A stretch of DNA of 56,614 bases from a virus (Duplodnaviria > Caudoviricetes), in the IMG/VR virus record IMGVR_UViG_3300031774_000018, positions 1 through 56,614 of that record; one strand, given 5' to 3'. Both the position numbers and the translations under genes were made by a program. Positions 19,585 through 29,273 of this stretch are shown here, piece after piece. The stretch's first letter is position 1. Each line of letters opens with the position of its first letter. A model generated the notes under the pieces. The model saw only the letters and a program-made list of their open reading frames with translations. It was not told the origin of the DNA and did not search any database.

Positions 19585-19831
19585 GTATGTCTAACATTAT
19601 TATAGCATAATGTAATATCTTCATCAAATCTTTTCTATTATATCCATCTTTATTACCATATCTTTTAGCATACTTCATTATATTACCCATACAAAAACCT
19701 TCTCCATGTCCTGAATCTATAATTACATCTGTTGCCTGATATTTATCTGACGCATAATGTTCTGAATAAGTCTCATCAATATAGTCTTGTAGTTCTTCTA
19801 CTAACATATCTTCATTAAATTTATACATCAT
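19547..19831 (-). CDS. DUF3310-like phage protein
   Basis: HY...GFCMGNIMKYAKRYGNK...DLMKILHYA pattern. Confidence 0.7.
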   Translation of the reverse strand: MMYKFNEDMLVEELQDYIDETYSEHYASDKYQATDVIIDSGHGEGFCMGNIMKYAKRYGNKDGYNRKDLMKILHYAIIMLDIHDKKENDNDVGR

Positions 19832-20421
19832 TTAAAATGCCTCCCTTCAACCCAAGCTACTAAAGTTTTTCTAGTGCCGGCTGTTACTGGTGTTACTCTA
19901 TGTAATAAGAACGAAGGGAAAATTAAAATAGTTCCTTTCTTTCTTAAAGAATCTTGTGGTAATGCTGAACCTGTCCCATCATTTAATTCAAAATTACCAC
20001 CCTCATATTCACTACCATCTGAAAGCTGAACAGTTATACTTAGCTTCCTATGGAAAGCATTAGGAGTTTCAATGAATGTATCAATGTGCCAATCATAATA
20101 GTCTCCACCTGATTCATACTTAGTATATTGAACACTATCTAAATAACTCACATCAAATGCAAAGTTTATTCTATTGGCTGAATTAATATAATTCCACAAC
20201 CTTGATGAAACATAGTTCCATAATTCTAAGTGTTCATTATTCCAAGATTCTATGAATCCTGTTTTACTTTTTCTTATACTATCTTTAATAAGACCATCAC
20301 TTACATCGGTAGTTTCACCAACGATAGCCTCATTTATGTTTAGTATTTTTTCTGCTTCTGAATTAATATAATCACAATCATAATTACTTAACGCATTTTC
20401 AAAAATCATATTCGATTTCAT
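19828..20421 (-). CDS. 2OG-Fe(II) oxygenase
   Basis: YDWHID, RKLSITVQLS, YEGG, IFPSFLLHRVTPVTAGTRKTLVAW. Confidence 0.92.
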   Translation of the reverse strand: MKSNMIFENALSNYDCDYINSEAEKILNINEAIVGETTDVSDGLIKDSIRKSKTGFIESWNNEHLELWNYVSSRLWNYINSANRINFAFDVSYLDSVQYTKYESGGDYYDWHIDTFIETPNAFHRKLSITVQLSDGSEYEGGNFELNDGTGSALPQDSLRKKGTILIFPSFLLHRVTPVTAGTRKTLVAWVEGRHFK

Positions 20422-20768
20422 TCTTCCTCCTTATACCTCTCTCCATTAAATATACATATAAAATATAATCCTAAGTGTCCAGTATTAAATACTTGATGGA
20501 ACTCTCCATCTTCAATTAAGATTAAATCACCTTCTTTTATTTTAAATCTTTCATAATCTACTTCCATTTCTCCATGACCTTTAATAAAGAAATAAACTTC
20601 TTCTTGTCCAATGTGTCTATGTCCATTTGTAGATTTATTAGCTCTTAAAAATGTGCTACTAACTACTAAATTTTTCAATACCTTATTATCTTTAACTAAA
20701 TAAGTAGAGGTATCTTTTATTATATCTCCCTCTATATTATTAATAGATAATACTTTCATTACTTCCAC
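20418..20768 (-). CDS. Cupin-domain protein
   Basis: HRHIGQEEVYFFIKG...GDLILIEDGEFHQVFN cupin motifs. Confidence 0.88.
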   Translation of the reverse strand: MEVMKVLSINNIEGDIIKDTSTYLVKDNKVLKNLVVSSTFLRANKSTNGHRHIGQEEVYFFIKGHGEMEVDYERFKIKEGDLILIEDGEFHQVFNTGHLGLYFICIFNGERYKEEE

Positions 20769-21193
20769 TCATCTGGTAAAGTTTCTTCACTATACCATCT
20801 AAAGTTATTAGCTTCTGCCCATTCAGCATGGGTTCTTTTAGTTCCATCTTTTCTTTTCTTAGCTTGTGGCATAGGGGCATATGGTTTTTGAAATAAAAAC
20901 ACTAACTCATAAGCTTCTACTAATTCATTGAAAGCTTCTCTTATCCAAATGTATTTACTATACTCAGCATAATCCCAGAACCTACCCTTAGCTTCTAGTA
21001 ATATTATTTTACCATCAATAGTCTTAACAAAGTCAGTCCTATATGTATGTGATACTGTATAATCTATAGTTGAATCATGATGCTTCCATCCTTTAAGAAC
21101 TGATTTATGAATCTCATATTCCCATCTACTATCATATCCTTTAGGGACATTAACTTTCTTTGGTCTAGGTTTTCTTGGTTGTCTAGCCATCAT
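20759..21193 (-). CDS. Endonuclease I-like Holliday junction resolvase (T7 gp3-like)
   Basis: YDSRWE...HTYRTDF...LLEAKG...T..EWAEANNF.W. Confidence 0.8.
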   Translation of the reverse strand: MMARQPRKPRPKKVNVPKGYDSRWEYEIHKSVLKGWKHHDSTIDYTVSHTYRTDFVKTIDGKIILLEAKGRFWDYAEYSKYIWIREAFNELVEAYELVFLFQKPYAPMPQAKKRKDGTKRTHAEWAEANNFRWYSEETLPDEWK

Positions 21194-21986
21194 AGTCCTC
21201 TGGAAAATAGTTCTTAGAAAATTTCCAGTATGTTAATATACTATTAAACATCTGTAAATGTTTGTGATGTGTAGACTCATCCCATATATGACAAGCAATT
21301 AAACTTGTATCTGCTCTATCAACAAAGATAGAAACTCTTTTAGGTAAGTTTACAAAACCACAGCCCTGTGCATAAGCAGACAACTGCATGCCATGTTCAT
21401 CATATACTAATTTAGCAGGGTCTTTACCTTCTAAGTTATCTTTAGTTTTAAAATCTACAAAGATACCAGACTTAGAATATAAATCTATCTTACCACCATA
21501 ACCTAAGTCAGCACAAAAAGAATCCTCTGCTATCCATTCTTCATCAGGAAAATTCTCATCAAGCCATTTCTTAATTACCTTGTATGGTTTGGTTTTACTT
21601 TTACCTAAGAAACCTTTCTCAATTAAAGCATGTATTCTAGTTCCTTCTTCCGAAGCTTTGATACCTACCTTCTTAGAATCTTCCATACATCTATAAGTAT
21701 AAGCTTTGTCTGATTCAGAATCTTTCTTTTCTAAAGTTAATACTGAATTTATAAGCTGGTTCATCTTCCAGTTTTCTAAAGCAGGCTTTGCTATCATGCC
21801 CATTATAGTAGTAACAGAAGGAACTAACCCTAAATTTTTAGCATCTCTTAAAGTAGTGTTTCTTTCTTTACCATTAGCACCAATAAGAGTATACATCGGC
21901 TCTCCATCCTGAGCATACCAATGTCCTGACTCGGACTTAAACTTATTATAGTTATCTGATTTAGGTTTGTCAATCTTCTTGGTCAT
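21183..21986 (-). CDS. PD-(D/E)XK family exonuclease
   Basis: PSVTTI, GTRIHALIE, YGGKIDL, VDFKT, QLSAY motifs. Confidence 0.85.
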   Translation of the reverse strand: MTKKIDKPKSDNYNKFKSESGHWYAQDGEPMYTLIGANGKERNTTLRDAKNLGLVPSVTTIMGMIAKPALENWKMNQLINSVLTLEKKDSESDKAYTYRCMEDSKKVGIKASEEGTRIHALIEKGFLGKSKTKPYKVIKKWLDENFPDEEWIAEDSFCADLGYGGKIDLYSKSGIFVDFKTKDNLEGKDPAKLVYDEHGMQLSAYAQGCGFVNLPKRVSIFVDRADTSLIACHIWDESTHHKHLQMFNSILTYWKFSKNYFPEDYDG

Positions 21987-22419
21987 TATCTAACTCCTTA
22001 AAGGTTTTAAATACATCTGTTGTAAATAGTTTTTGTATACTAACTAACCACATTCTACTTGCATTATGGTCACCACCACTTACTGATTTTTTAAAGTCTA
22101 ACTTTTCTATTAGCTGTCTAAGTTTAGGAACTTCAAATACTAATGTGCAAAATATGTGGTCATCAATACAAAGATTATGAAACCAATAGTCTGCTTCGGT
22201 AGTGGTAATTCCAGAAGGTTTACCATATGATTCATATTCAATACATATGTTACCTGTCTTCATCCACATACCTCTTTCAGATTTAACTTCAATCTTTTTA
22301 TTAGTAAGCATGTTTGCTATCTTATCTTCTTTTATAGTTCCATATTCCAAATCAATATCGAACTTCTTTCTATCTTCTTTAGTGGGTTTCACTCCAATCA
22401 CCTCCAATTTTATATTCAC
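21970..22419 (-). CDS. Conserved phage protein, PD-(D/E)XK-like fold possible
   Basis: KIEVKSER...TGNICIEYES.GKPSGI..TEADYW. Confidence 0.6.
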   Translation of the reverse strand: MNIKLEVIGVKPTKEDRKKFDIDLEYGTIKEDKIANMLTNKKIEVKSERGMWMKTGNICIEYESYGKPSGITTTEADYWFHNLCIDDHIFCTLVFEVPKLRQLIEKLDFKKSVSGGDHNASRMWLVSIQKLFTTDVFKTFKELDNDQED

Positions 22420-24103
22420 CTTTTAATTCGCAACGCATATTAAAATACTCACCTGCATTTTTAATTGCATTACACCCTGATTCACCAACAAAATCTGCTT
22501 GCGATTCCTTAACTTGTATCTGCCATTCATCATGAATATTAGCTACAAACTTAGCATCTATCGCATTTAATTCTAACATATCTTGTAGTAGGCACATAGC
22601 CTTTTTCATCACTATCGCACCACCACCTTGTAATAAGGTATTAAGTGCAGCATGTTGACTTCTTACATATATCTTTCTTCCATCTAATCCTTTTAAGAAT
22701 CCTCTATTAGAAGCTTGCTGAACTCTATCTCTTAGAGTTTTAAGAGCAGGCAGGTTGGTGAAGAAAGTTTGCTTTAACATTTTACCTTTCTTAATTCCAC
22801 CACCTGCTACGCTTCCTATCTTAGCATCTCCTGCCCCATATACTAAAGCGTATATAAAAGTCTTGGCTTGGTCCCTAGTTTTAAGACCTGCTAAGTTTTG
22901 ATTAGTAGTATGTATATCCCCATGAATAACCTCTTCAATATAATCTTCGTCATTCATATAGTGTGCTAACATTCTTAATTCTAAACCACTAGCATCTATA
23001 CCTACTAATTTATATCCTTCTGGAACAGTCCAACAAGAACGACACTCCTTTCCAAAAGGGCTACCTGCATTAGGAACCTGTGCCATGTTAGGATTTCTGT
23101 GTGTCATCCTACCTGTAATAGTTCCATTAGGTATAACTCTACCATGAACTCTATCGTTTTGTAAGGCATCTATCCATGATGATATTTGTGCTATCCTTTT
23201 TTGGAATAGTAAGAAGTCTGCTATTAGTTTAGCTTCTTCAATGTGTTCAATCTTTTTAAGTGTGCCTTCATCTACAATAGGCTGACCTGTCGGTGTGAAT
23301 CTAACAGGCTTCCAACCAAAGTCCATTAAGTATTCACCAATTTGTTTACGACTACCTAGATTAAACTCAACTAACTTCTGTCTCATAAACGATTGAGTAT
23401 GGTCTGATTTTTGTATAGATTCATACTCTTCATCAGTAAGTCCTCGTTTAGATAATGTTCCATCTTTCTTTATGTAGGGTGTAACTAATTTATCATCAAC
23501 CCATTTAGGTTTAAATGTAGACTGAACCAGTAATTCTGTTTGTGCTTTCCTATCTTCTAAGTCAGCAAGTAATTCCATAGCTGTCCTAGTATCAAAATAA
23601 AATCCTGTATTCTCCTGCTCTAACATAATCTGTGCAACTCTTTGTTCTAATTGTAAAGAGTCAGGATTAAATCCTCTCCCTTCATTCTCTAAATATGTAA
23701 ATACTTTCTCATTTAATAATACATCTCCAACACAATAGTCTAACATTCTAGGTGTGTATTCTGTAAAATCTTCGGGCTGTTCTTTTTTATACATCCCTAC
23801 TCTATATCCCCAAGTCTTTAAGCTATGTCCATTTTCTCTAACTGGATTATATAACCTAGACATTACTAAAGTATCTAATAAATCTCCATCATAATCAAAG
23901 TCATATAATCTTTTTAATACAGGTAAATCAAATCCTATTATGTTATGACCTATTAAAGTATCAGCACTTTTTAATAACTCTAATCCATCTAGAATTTTAT
24001 CTGGTCCAAATTTATATATCTCACCATCTAATTCTTTCGCTACTATACACCATATCTTAGTAGCATTTAAGTCATCTGTTTCTATATCAAAAATCATCTT
24101 CAT
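22379..24103 (-). CDS. DNA polymerase family A (T7-like) with 3'-5' exonuclease
   Basis: FDIET, GHNIIGFD, TGRMTH.NPN, DASGLELR, AKTFIYALVYGAG, NIHDE. Confidence 0.97.
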   Translation of the reverse strand: MKMIFDIETDDLNATKIWCIVAKELDGEIYKFGPDKILDGLELLKSADTLIGHNIIGFDLPVLKRLYDFDYDGDLLDTLVMSRLYNPVRENGHSLKTWGYRVGMYKKEQPEDFTEYTPRMLDYCVGDVLLNEKVFTYLENEGRGFNPDSLQLEQRVAQIMLEQENTGFYFDTRTAMELLADLEDRKAQTELLVQSTFKPKWVDDKLVTPYIKKDGTLSKRGLTDEEYESIQKSDHTQSFMRQKLVEFNLGSRKQIGEYLMDFGWKPVRFTPTGQPIVDEGTLKKIEHIEEAKLIADFLLFQKRIAQISSWIDALQNDRVHGRVIPNGTITGRMTHRNPNMAQVPNAGSPFGKECRSCWTVPEGYKLVGIDASGLELRMLAHYMNDEDYIEEVIHGDIHTTNQNLAGLKTRDQAKTFIYALVYGAGDAKIGSVAGGGIKKGKMLKQTFFTNLPALKTLRDRVQQASNRGFLKGLDGRKIYVRSQHAALNTLLQGGGAIVMKKAMCLLQDMLELNAIDAKFVANIHDEWQIQVKESQADFVGESGCNAIKNAGEYFNMRCELKGEYKIGGDWSETH

Positions 24104-25742
24104 TATAAAATGTCTCCTCCTCTGTTAATTCATGCAGTCTTCCAGTTTCTACATCATACTTCAAAGAACATGCCATCCCTGTATCTCCTGTATATCTAGA
24201 TTTTAATACTCTTACTTTAGTTATGTTTGCTTCCTCTGGATTTTCTGCTTGTTGATTTCTCTCTAAAGCTATAACACAATCGGACAACTGTGCTATTCCC
24301 TGAGAACCTTTAAGATGTGAGAGTGAAACTTCAATACCTTTCTCATGTCCTTTCTCTCCTGCTGCTCTTCTTAGATGAGATACCAGTATCATTCCGACAC
24401 CTGTTTCTTCTACTAAACTTCTCAATCTATTCATGAGCATATCAATTCCTCTCCTCTCATCTCCCTCACTTAAAACATTTACTAGCATATGTAAATGGTC
24501 TACAACTACCCAATCACATTCACATCCTACTATAATATATCTTAACTTAGAAAATATTTCATCTATATCTGTAGCTCCTAAGTGAGCATGAATAAATACT
24601 CTGCCTTGTTCAATAGCCTTATCAAATAAATTATTTAATTCTTCTTCCGAATAATTATTTCTTTTCTCAGTAAGATATAATCTATCGTTAGCTTCAATAG
24701 ATACTATACCATCAGCAGTCCTCACCCAGTTTTCTTCTAGTGCTACGATACCTACATTATCCCTTGTGTTTTTAATAAGATGATGTTCAAGTTCTCTAGT
24801 CACACTAGACTTTCCAAGTCCTGTTCCACCTGTAAGAGTTACAAGTTCTCCCTTACGCAGACCATATAGTTTCTTATTCAATCCTTCCCAAGGATATGCA
24901 ATACTTTCTTTTACCTCACGATGAATCCAATCATTTTTCTGACTAGATAATTCTAAGATACCTGATGGTGTATAAGTCTTAGCTTCCCACCATGCAGTAG
25001 TAAACTCTTTAAACTTTTTCTTAACCAACATTTCGTTAGCATCTTTATATCCATTAGGAAGATTAACTATCTTAGCTTTTCCGGGCTTTATAATACGAGC
25101 AACTTGTCTTGCCCCTTCCCTACCTGCCTTGTCATTATCAAAACATAAGACAACATTATCAAAGCTTTCTACAAACTCAATGCTCTCTCTAATATCTTTA
25201 ACAGCAGAAGCTACTCCTCTTTTAATTGATACTACTGCCCACTTATCTTGGAACAATTCATTGACTGCCATAGCATCACATTCACCTTCAACAATAGTAA
25301 GATACTTACCACCTGTATTCCTATATAATTGTTCACCGAATAAACCTGTGCCTTCAAAGGTTCCATTACAGGTAAAGTTTTTATTATCAACATATCTAGT
25401 CTTAGTCCCTACTATTTCGCTACCATTAAAGTAAGGATAAATATGTTGTTTAATCTTACCATTATTATCTTTTAAAATTCTAACACCGAATTTGGTAGTA
25501 GTCTTTTTAGATATATCTCTATCAGATATGGCATCATATATACCAGTATATGAAGTTAAGAAAGTGGTTTCAGTTTTCTTAACAGGTGTTGCTGTTCCTT
25601 CTGTTTCATTTTTATAATCAGAAAAGAAAGTTCCACAACTAAAACATTTAGCTGAACCATTTTCATTTAATCCAACTGGGTCTGAACCACCACATTTTGG
25701 ACATGGCAGTTTTGTTTTTATAAATTTTGTTTGTTCTTCCAT
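24087..25742 (-). CDS. DNA primase-helicase (T7 gp4-like)
   Basis: CPKC...CFSC zinc finger, EGECDA and FDND TOPRIM, GGTGLGKS Walker A, VVDH, SHLRR, LKGS. Confidence 0.96.
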   Translation of the reverse strand: MEEQTKFIKTKLPCPKCGGSDPVGLNENGSAKCFSCGTFFSDYKNETEGTATPVKKTETTFLTSYTGIYDAISDRDISKKTTTKFGVRILKDNNGKIKQHIYPYFNGSEIVGTKTRYVDNKNFTCNGTFEGTGLFGEQLYRNTGGKYLTIVEGECDAMAVNELFQDKWAVVSIKRGVASAVKDIRESIEFVESFDNVVLCFDNDKAGREGARQVARIIKPGKAKIVNLPNGYKDANEMLVKKKFKEFTTAWWEAKTYTPSGILELSSQKNDWIHREVKESIAYPWEGLNKKLYGLRKGELVTLTGGTGLGKSSVTRELEHHLIKNTRDNVGIVALEENWVRTADGIVSIEANDRLYLTEKRNNYSEEELNNLFDKAIEQGRVFIHAHLGATDIDEIFSKLRYIIVGCECDWVVVDHLHMLVNVLSEGDERRGIDMLMNRLRSLVEETGVGMILVSHLRRAAGEKGHEKGIEVSLSHLKGSQGIAQLSDCVIALERNQQAENPEEANITKVRVLKSRYTGDTGMACSLKYDVETGRLHELTEEETFYNEDDF

Positions 25743-25876
25743 TCTATCTCCTATAGAAAAGTAGGGCGTTGTTCATATGGTTTCTAATCTACTGACAACC
25801 TAATGTCTTCAATCTCAACCAAGCAGGATTTATACTTTAAGTCCTATCCTCTTTTGTGGACACCCAATTATTTACT

Positions 25877-26101
25877 TTACTCTTCGTCAATCAAAGCATC
25901 ATCCTCTAGATAAGGTGTGATTTGACTATTGAAGTGTGCTGTTGCAGCTTCTAAGACTGCAATTCTTTTGCGTAAGGCTTTCACTTCGTTAGTGCATTCA
26001 ACAATAACACTATAAAAACCTTGTGCATCTTGATTTAGTTTCAGCACATCATATAAACCATCATCGGTTTTGTATGTGATTGAAGGTGTTTGTTCACTCA
26101 T
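25877..26101 (-). CDS. Hypothetical protein
   Basis: 74 aa, coiled-coil-like, GAGGAG RBS. Confidence 0.65.
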   Translation of the reverse strand: MSEQTPSITYKTDDGLYDVLKLNQDAQGFYSVIVECTNEVKALRKRIAVLEAATAHFNSQITPYLEDDALIDEE

Positions 26102-26103
26102 GA

Positions 26104-26517
26104 TTAAAACTCCTCGCCTTCATCAAAGAACTCATCGCCATCCCCTGATTTATATTCAACTAAATCTAGAACCTGAACAGCTTGTAAGTCAAGACTTTTA
26201 CCAGTCTTTCCTTTCCAATCCCATTCATATTCATTACATTGGACTCTAACTTTAGAGCCATTCCCAACAGCAAGATTAATGTCTTGCTTATTAGCATCAA
26301 TCAGTCTAGGAGAGTTCCTAACTATTCCATTAGGACCCTCTACTTTACGCTTGATTACTAAGCAAGGACCTTCATCCATTTGCTTTACTGTATGTCCACG
26401 ACCTGCAAAATCATCTGCAGTAGCTTGGTCTATAACCAAGTTAATCGTATACATAGGTTCAAAAGTCGTATTAGGTGTCTTGATTGAAGCCCAATACGCT
26501 ATTCCATCTACTATCAT
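26104..26517 (-). CDS. Single-stranded DNA-binding protein (T7 gp2.5-like)
   Basis: VGNGSKVRV, LQAVQVLDLVEY, acidic tail ending in Phe; AGGAGG RBS. Confidence 0.85.
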   Translation of the reverse strand: MIVDGIAYWASIKTPNTTFEPMYTINLVIDQATADDFAGRGHTVKQMDEGPCLVIKRKVEGPNGIVRNSPRLIDANKQDINLAVGNGSKVRVQCNEYEWDWKGKTGKSLDLQAVQVLDLVEYKSGDGDEFFDEGEEF

Positions 26518-26664
26518 ATTTACCTCCTATGGTATTTATAGTTTAACAAAGTGAGAGTTTTCGAGCCAACCAACTCTCAAAGTTGTGGACAGAACCAAGC
26601 CTACCAACATATAGTATGGAGATAGAGGGCTTTGTTTTCGGCTACTCATTACTTATATGCCCAC

Positions 26665-26693
26665 ATAATACTACAAGTCTATCCCTGTGTCAA
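26665..26693 (-). promoter_or_regulatory. sigma70-type promoter for the replication operon
   Basis: TTGACA-N17-TATTAT on the minus strand. Confidence 0.7.
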
Positions 26694-26865
26694 GTAAAAT
26701 TTCATCTAATTTTTCTATTTGTTTATCATCAATAAAGATTTCTACTTTAAATGTTCCATCTTTATTATATTCCACAGTATGAGGCACATCATATCCTTCA
26801 TTAGAAAGGATAGTTAATGACTCATTAAATTTTTTATAATCATCTTTATCTAATACAGCTATCAT
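26671..26865 (-). CDS. Hypothetical protein
   Basis: 64 aa, ATGA-coupled to the upstream small ORF. Confidence 0.6.
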   Translation of the reverse strand: MIAVLDKDDYKKFNESLTILSNEGYDVPHTVEYNKDGTFKVEIFIDDKQIEKLDEILLDTGIDL

Positions 26866-27017
26866 CTTCCTTGTCCTCTATATTTTTTGTATGACCTCTT
26901 TTTATTTTTATTCATGTGGCTCATAGAAACTTTCACACTTCTACCCCTGCCACCTGTTCCTTGCGAGGTGCATTTTTTAACATGGTCTATTGACTGTATT
27001 ACTTTAGCCTTCCTCAT
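26862..27017 (-). CDS. Small basic protein (51 aa, ...KKCTSQG...KKYRGQGR)
   Basis: Not in ORF track; AAGGA upstream, fills the gap, highly basic with YRGQG terminus. Confidence 0.65.
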   Translation of the reverse strand: MRKAKVIQSIDHVKKCTSQGTGGRGRSVKVSMSHMNKNKKRSYKKYRGQGR

Positions 27018-27225
27018 CTGATTTCCTTTCTTTAAATCCAAGTTTTAAAAGTAAAGGTCTGCAATAATCTACATCTTCTTTTGTCATCTTACCTACCTTA
27101 CCAATACATTCAACAGCATTATCTACTGACCAGTATTGTAATTGATTAATTCTATATTGTTGAATACTCATACCTGTAATTAGTATTAATATTATAAATA
27201 TATAATTCATATTTTTATTTTTCAT
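27004..27225 (-). CDS. Small membrane-anchored protein
   Basis: N-terminal TM segment, AGGAG RBS. Confidence 0.6.
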   Translation of the reverse strand: MKNKNMNYIFIILILITGMSIQQYRINQLQYWSVDNAVECIGKVGKMTKEDVDYCRPLLLKLGFKERKSDEEG

Positions 27226-27235
27226 ACATTCTCCT

Positions 27236-27496
27236 TTAATGTAAAGTTATATTATTATCTAACCCTTGTCGGATTAAATCCTCATCTCCTACCTGTTCTC
27301 TCAATCTTCTAAGCTCTAGAAAATCTCCATGAAAATCCCAGATGTATTGAGTATCTACTTCCTCAATATCAATTATATCTACAACTGATTTCAAAGCTAG
27401 CATATTATCAATAGCATACTGGACACTCCAACCAAAAGTTTTTAGTAGTGCTCGTTCTTGATTATCAAAGACTACTGTTATCAGATATTCCTTCAT
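27236..27496 (-). CDS. Hypothetical protein
   Basis: 86-aa ORF in tightly packed minus-strand array; GGAGG upstream. Confidence 0.6.
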   Translation of the reverse strand: MKEYLITVVFDNQERALLKTFGWSVQYAIDNMLALKSVVDIIDIEEVDTQYIWDFHGDFLELRRLREQVGDEDLIRQGLDNNITLH

Positions 27497-27752
27497 CTGC
27501 TATGACCTCCATTAACTGTTTGTAATTCTTAATATGTGGATATTTTTTTAATCGTTTCATAATATACTTATCAGTCATATAAGAATAGATAACACCCTCA
27601 GTCGTATAGACATGGGTTTGCTCAGGTAAGATGTCATTAACATTCTTAACTGTAATGTTGTTTGCTTGTTCATCAGGCAATAAAGATTTCATCCACTCAA
27701 CCTGAATAGGTTTAATCCTTTTCCTTAATTTTTTTATTGTCTTTGCATTCAT
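27465..27752 (-). CDS. Hypothetical protein
   Basis: 95-aa ORF, basic N-terminus. Confidence 0.6.
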   Translation of the reverse strand: MNAKTIKKLRKRIKPIQVEWMKSLLPDEQANNITVKNVNDILPEQTHVYTTEGVIYSYMTDKYIMKRLKKYPHIKNYKQLMEVIADEGISDNSSL

Positions 27753-27753
27753 A

Positions 27754-28101
27754 TTATTCCCATGCTGTAAATTCCATATAAGGTGTTTCTCTATGTCCTT
27801 CTGGCAACCATTCTACCATATCTTTAGCTTCCTGTAAAGTAAAAGTTGTAGCTACACTCTCCCCTTCATCATTATGTGCTAGCAATAAAGCTTTACCTGC
27901 ATAGTTCCTATCTTTAATACTAAAGTATCTTTGATTATCTATCATTAAACCTTCATCATCTATATACATATCATTTTCAATCGTAAGTCTAACACAATCA
28001 AAAGTTCTACAGTCTGTTAAGTTATAGATTTCTCTATAGTCCCCTGTATATTCTACCTCTTTGATTGTTTCATCAAACGGATTTATTAATATTCCTTTCA
28101 T
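27754..28101 (-). CDS. DUF3846-like phage protein
   Basis: MKGILINP...MYIDDEGL...YAGKALL pattern; AGGAG RBS. Confidence 0.65.
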   Translation of the reverse strand: MKGILINPFDETIKEVEYTGDYREIYNLTDCRTFDCVRLTIENDMYIDDEGLMIDNQRYFSIKDRNYAGKALLLAHNDEGESVATTFTLQEAKDMVEWLPEGHRETPYMEFTAWE

Positions 28102-28303
28102 GCTCTACTCCTTTTGCTATTAATCTTGTAAGGGTTTCCCCTATTATTTGGTGGATAAACTGGTCTGTGCATTGATATGTTTTATATTTATTCAATTCTT
28201 CCATTACACGCAGAGTTATTTCACCCATAGTTTCATCAGTTAAAGTTCTTACAACTTCGTAATCTCTAACCAAACTTTCTTCTACTGTTTTATATATACT
28301 CAT
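28073..28303 (-). CDS. Hypothetical protein
   Basis: 76-aa ORF in early array. Confidence 0.55.
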   Translation of the reverse strand: MSIYKTVEESLVRDYEVVRTLTDETMGEITLRVMEELNKYKTYQCTDQFIHQIIGETLTRLIAKGVEHERNINKSV

Positions 28304-28490
28304 TATATTTATATCCTTCCTTCCATATCTCAGGTTTATATTTAGATAGTTTATCTACCTCACATTCTTCACAGGCATGAGCTACAAAATCTCCTTCTGC
28401 ATCATCACACCTAAACATTTCTTTGCCACTACCACAATCGCAGTCTGTAGGTGTTATCCCATAACAATAATCATCCCATATCTGTTTCAT
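28290..28490 (-). CDS. Small Cys-rich hypothetical protein
   Basis: CDCGSG...CEEC, possible zinc ribbon; GGAGG RBS. Confidence 0.6.
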   Translation of the reverse strand: MKQIWDDYCYGITPTDCDCGSGKEMFRCDDAEGDFVAHACEECEVDKLSKYKPEIWKEGYKYNEYI

Positions 28491-28681
28491 ACTGCTCTGT
28501 CCTCCATCATTTCTTCTGCAATTATGTCAAGTATTTCTTCTCTATCATCATCTGGATGTAAGTCTTTTTCTAATGAAACATCCATTACTTTTCTACCAAA
28601 CTCTCTATCTGAACAGTCTTCCAGATATTCTATCTCTTCCCAAATCTCTTGCCATATCATATCATTTATATGATTACTCAT
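28487..28681 (-). CDS. Acidic hypothetical protein
   Basis: 64 aa, D/E-rich, LHPDDD.E.I segment; AGGAG RBS. Confidence 0.6.
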   Translation of the reverse strand: MSNHINDMIWQEIWEEIEYLEDCSDREFGRKVMDVSLEKDLHPDDDREEILDIIAEEMMEDRAV

Positions 28682-28838
28682 CTTTATCTCCTTTATTATT
28701 TATAGGCATCATCCAATCCAATACCTTCACCATTTGGTTAAACATTGCATCATCATACTCCATTTGTTTTTCAAAGTCAAGCCATTCTTTACTTTCTTTA
28801 TCTACATTTTCTTCCCATTCTCTAAATACTTTACTCAT
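28674..28838 (-). CDS. Hypothetical protein (54 aa, MSKVFREWEE...)
   Basis: Not in ORF track; GAGG upstream, fills gap with ATGA coupling. Confidence 0.55.
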   Translation of the reverse strand: MSKVFREWEENVDKESKEWLDFEKQMEYDDAMFNQMVKVLDWMMPINNKGDKDE

Positions 28839-29020
28839 ATTTCATCCTCATTAAATTTGAAATTCATCCCTTCCTCAATTATAAAATCATTAAGGCTTTC
28901 AGATACCTCTCTATCTTTATTGTTATATTCTAACCATTTATCTAAATTGTTAGTAGTAGCTACATAAGTTTTCATAACTCCATCATGCCAATATATGTTG
29001 TATAGTTTTTCTTCATTCAT
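28835..29020 (-). CDS. Hypothetical protein
   Basis: 61-aa ORF in early array. Confidence 0.55.
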   Translation of the reverse strand: MNEEKLYNIYWHDGVMKTYVATTNNLDKWLEYNNKDREVSESLNDFIIEEGMNFKFNEDEI

Positions 29021-29264
29021 ATTCTTCCCTCACATCTTTAATATATTCTTCAATAGAATTTAATGCTTGCATAACATTATAATCCTTTCCATTTAAATTA
29101 GTTCTTAGTTTATCAAATGCTCTAACTAAATGAACTATCTCCATATCTAAAACAGATACATAATCTTGTTCAGTTTCTGAATAATATAGTATATCATCTG
29201 TCATATCATTAGGTATAGTATAACCTAAAGTCTTTGAAATTTCAAGTGCTTGTTTTACTTTCAT
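29013..29264 (-). CDS. Hypothetical protein
   Basis: 83 aa, AGGAG RBS. Confidence 0.6.
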   Translation of the reverse strand: MKVKQALEISKTLGYTIPNDMTDDILYYSETEQDYVSVLDMEIVHLVRAFDKLRTNLNGKDYNVMQALNSIEEYIKDVREEYE

Positions 29265-29273
29265 AATTATCTC

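Noticed and set aside
25743-25876. Possible tRNA or riboswitch in intergenic gaps
   Set aside because: No cloverleaf, T-loop or recognisable aptamer consensus by eye; a covariance search would be needed.
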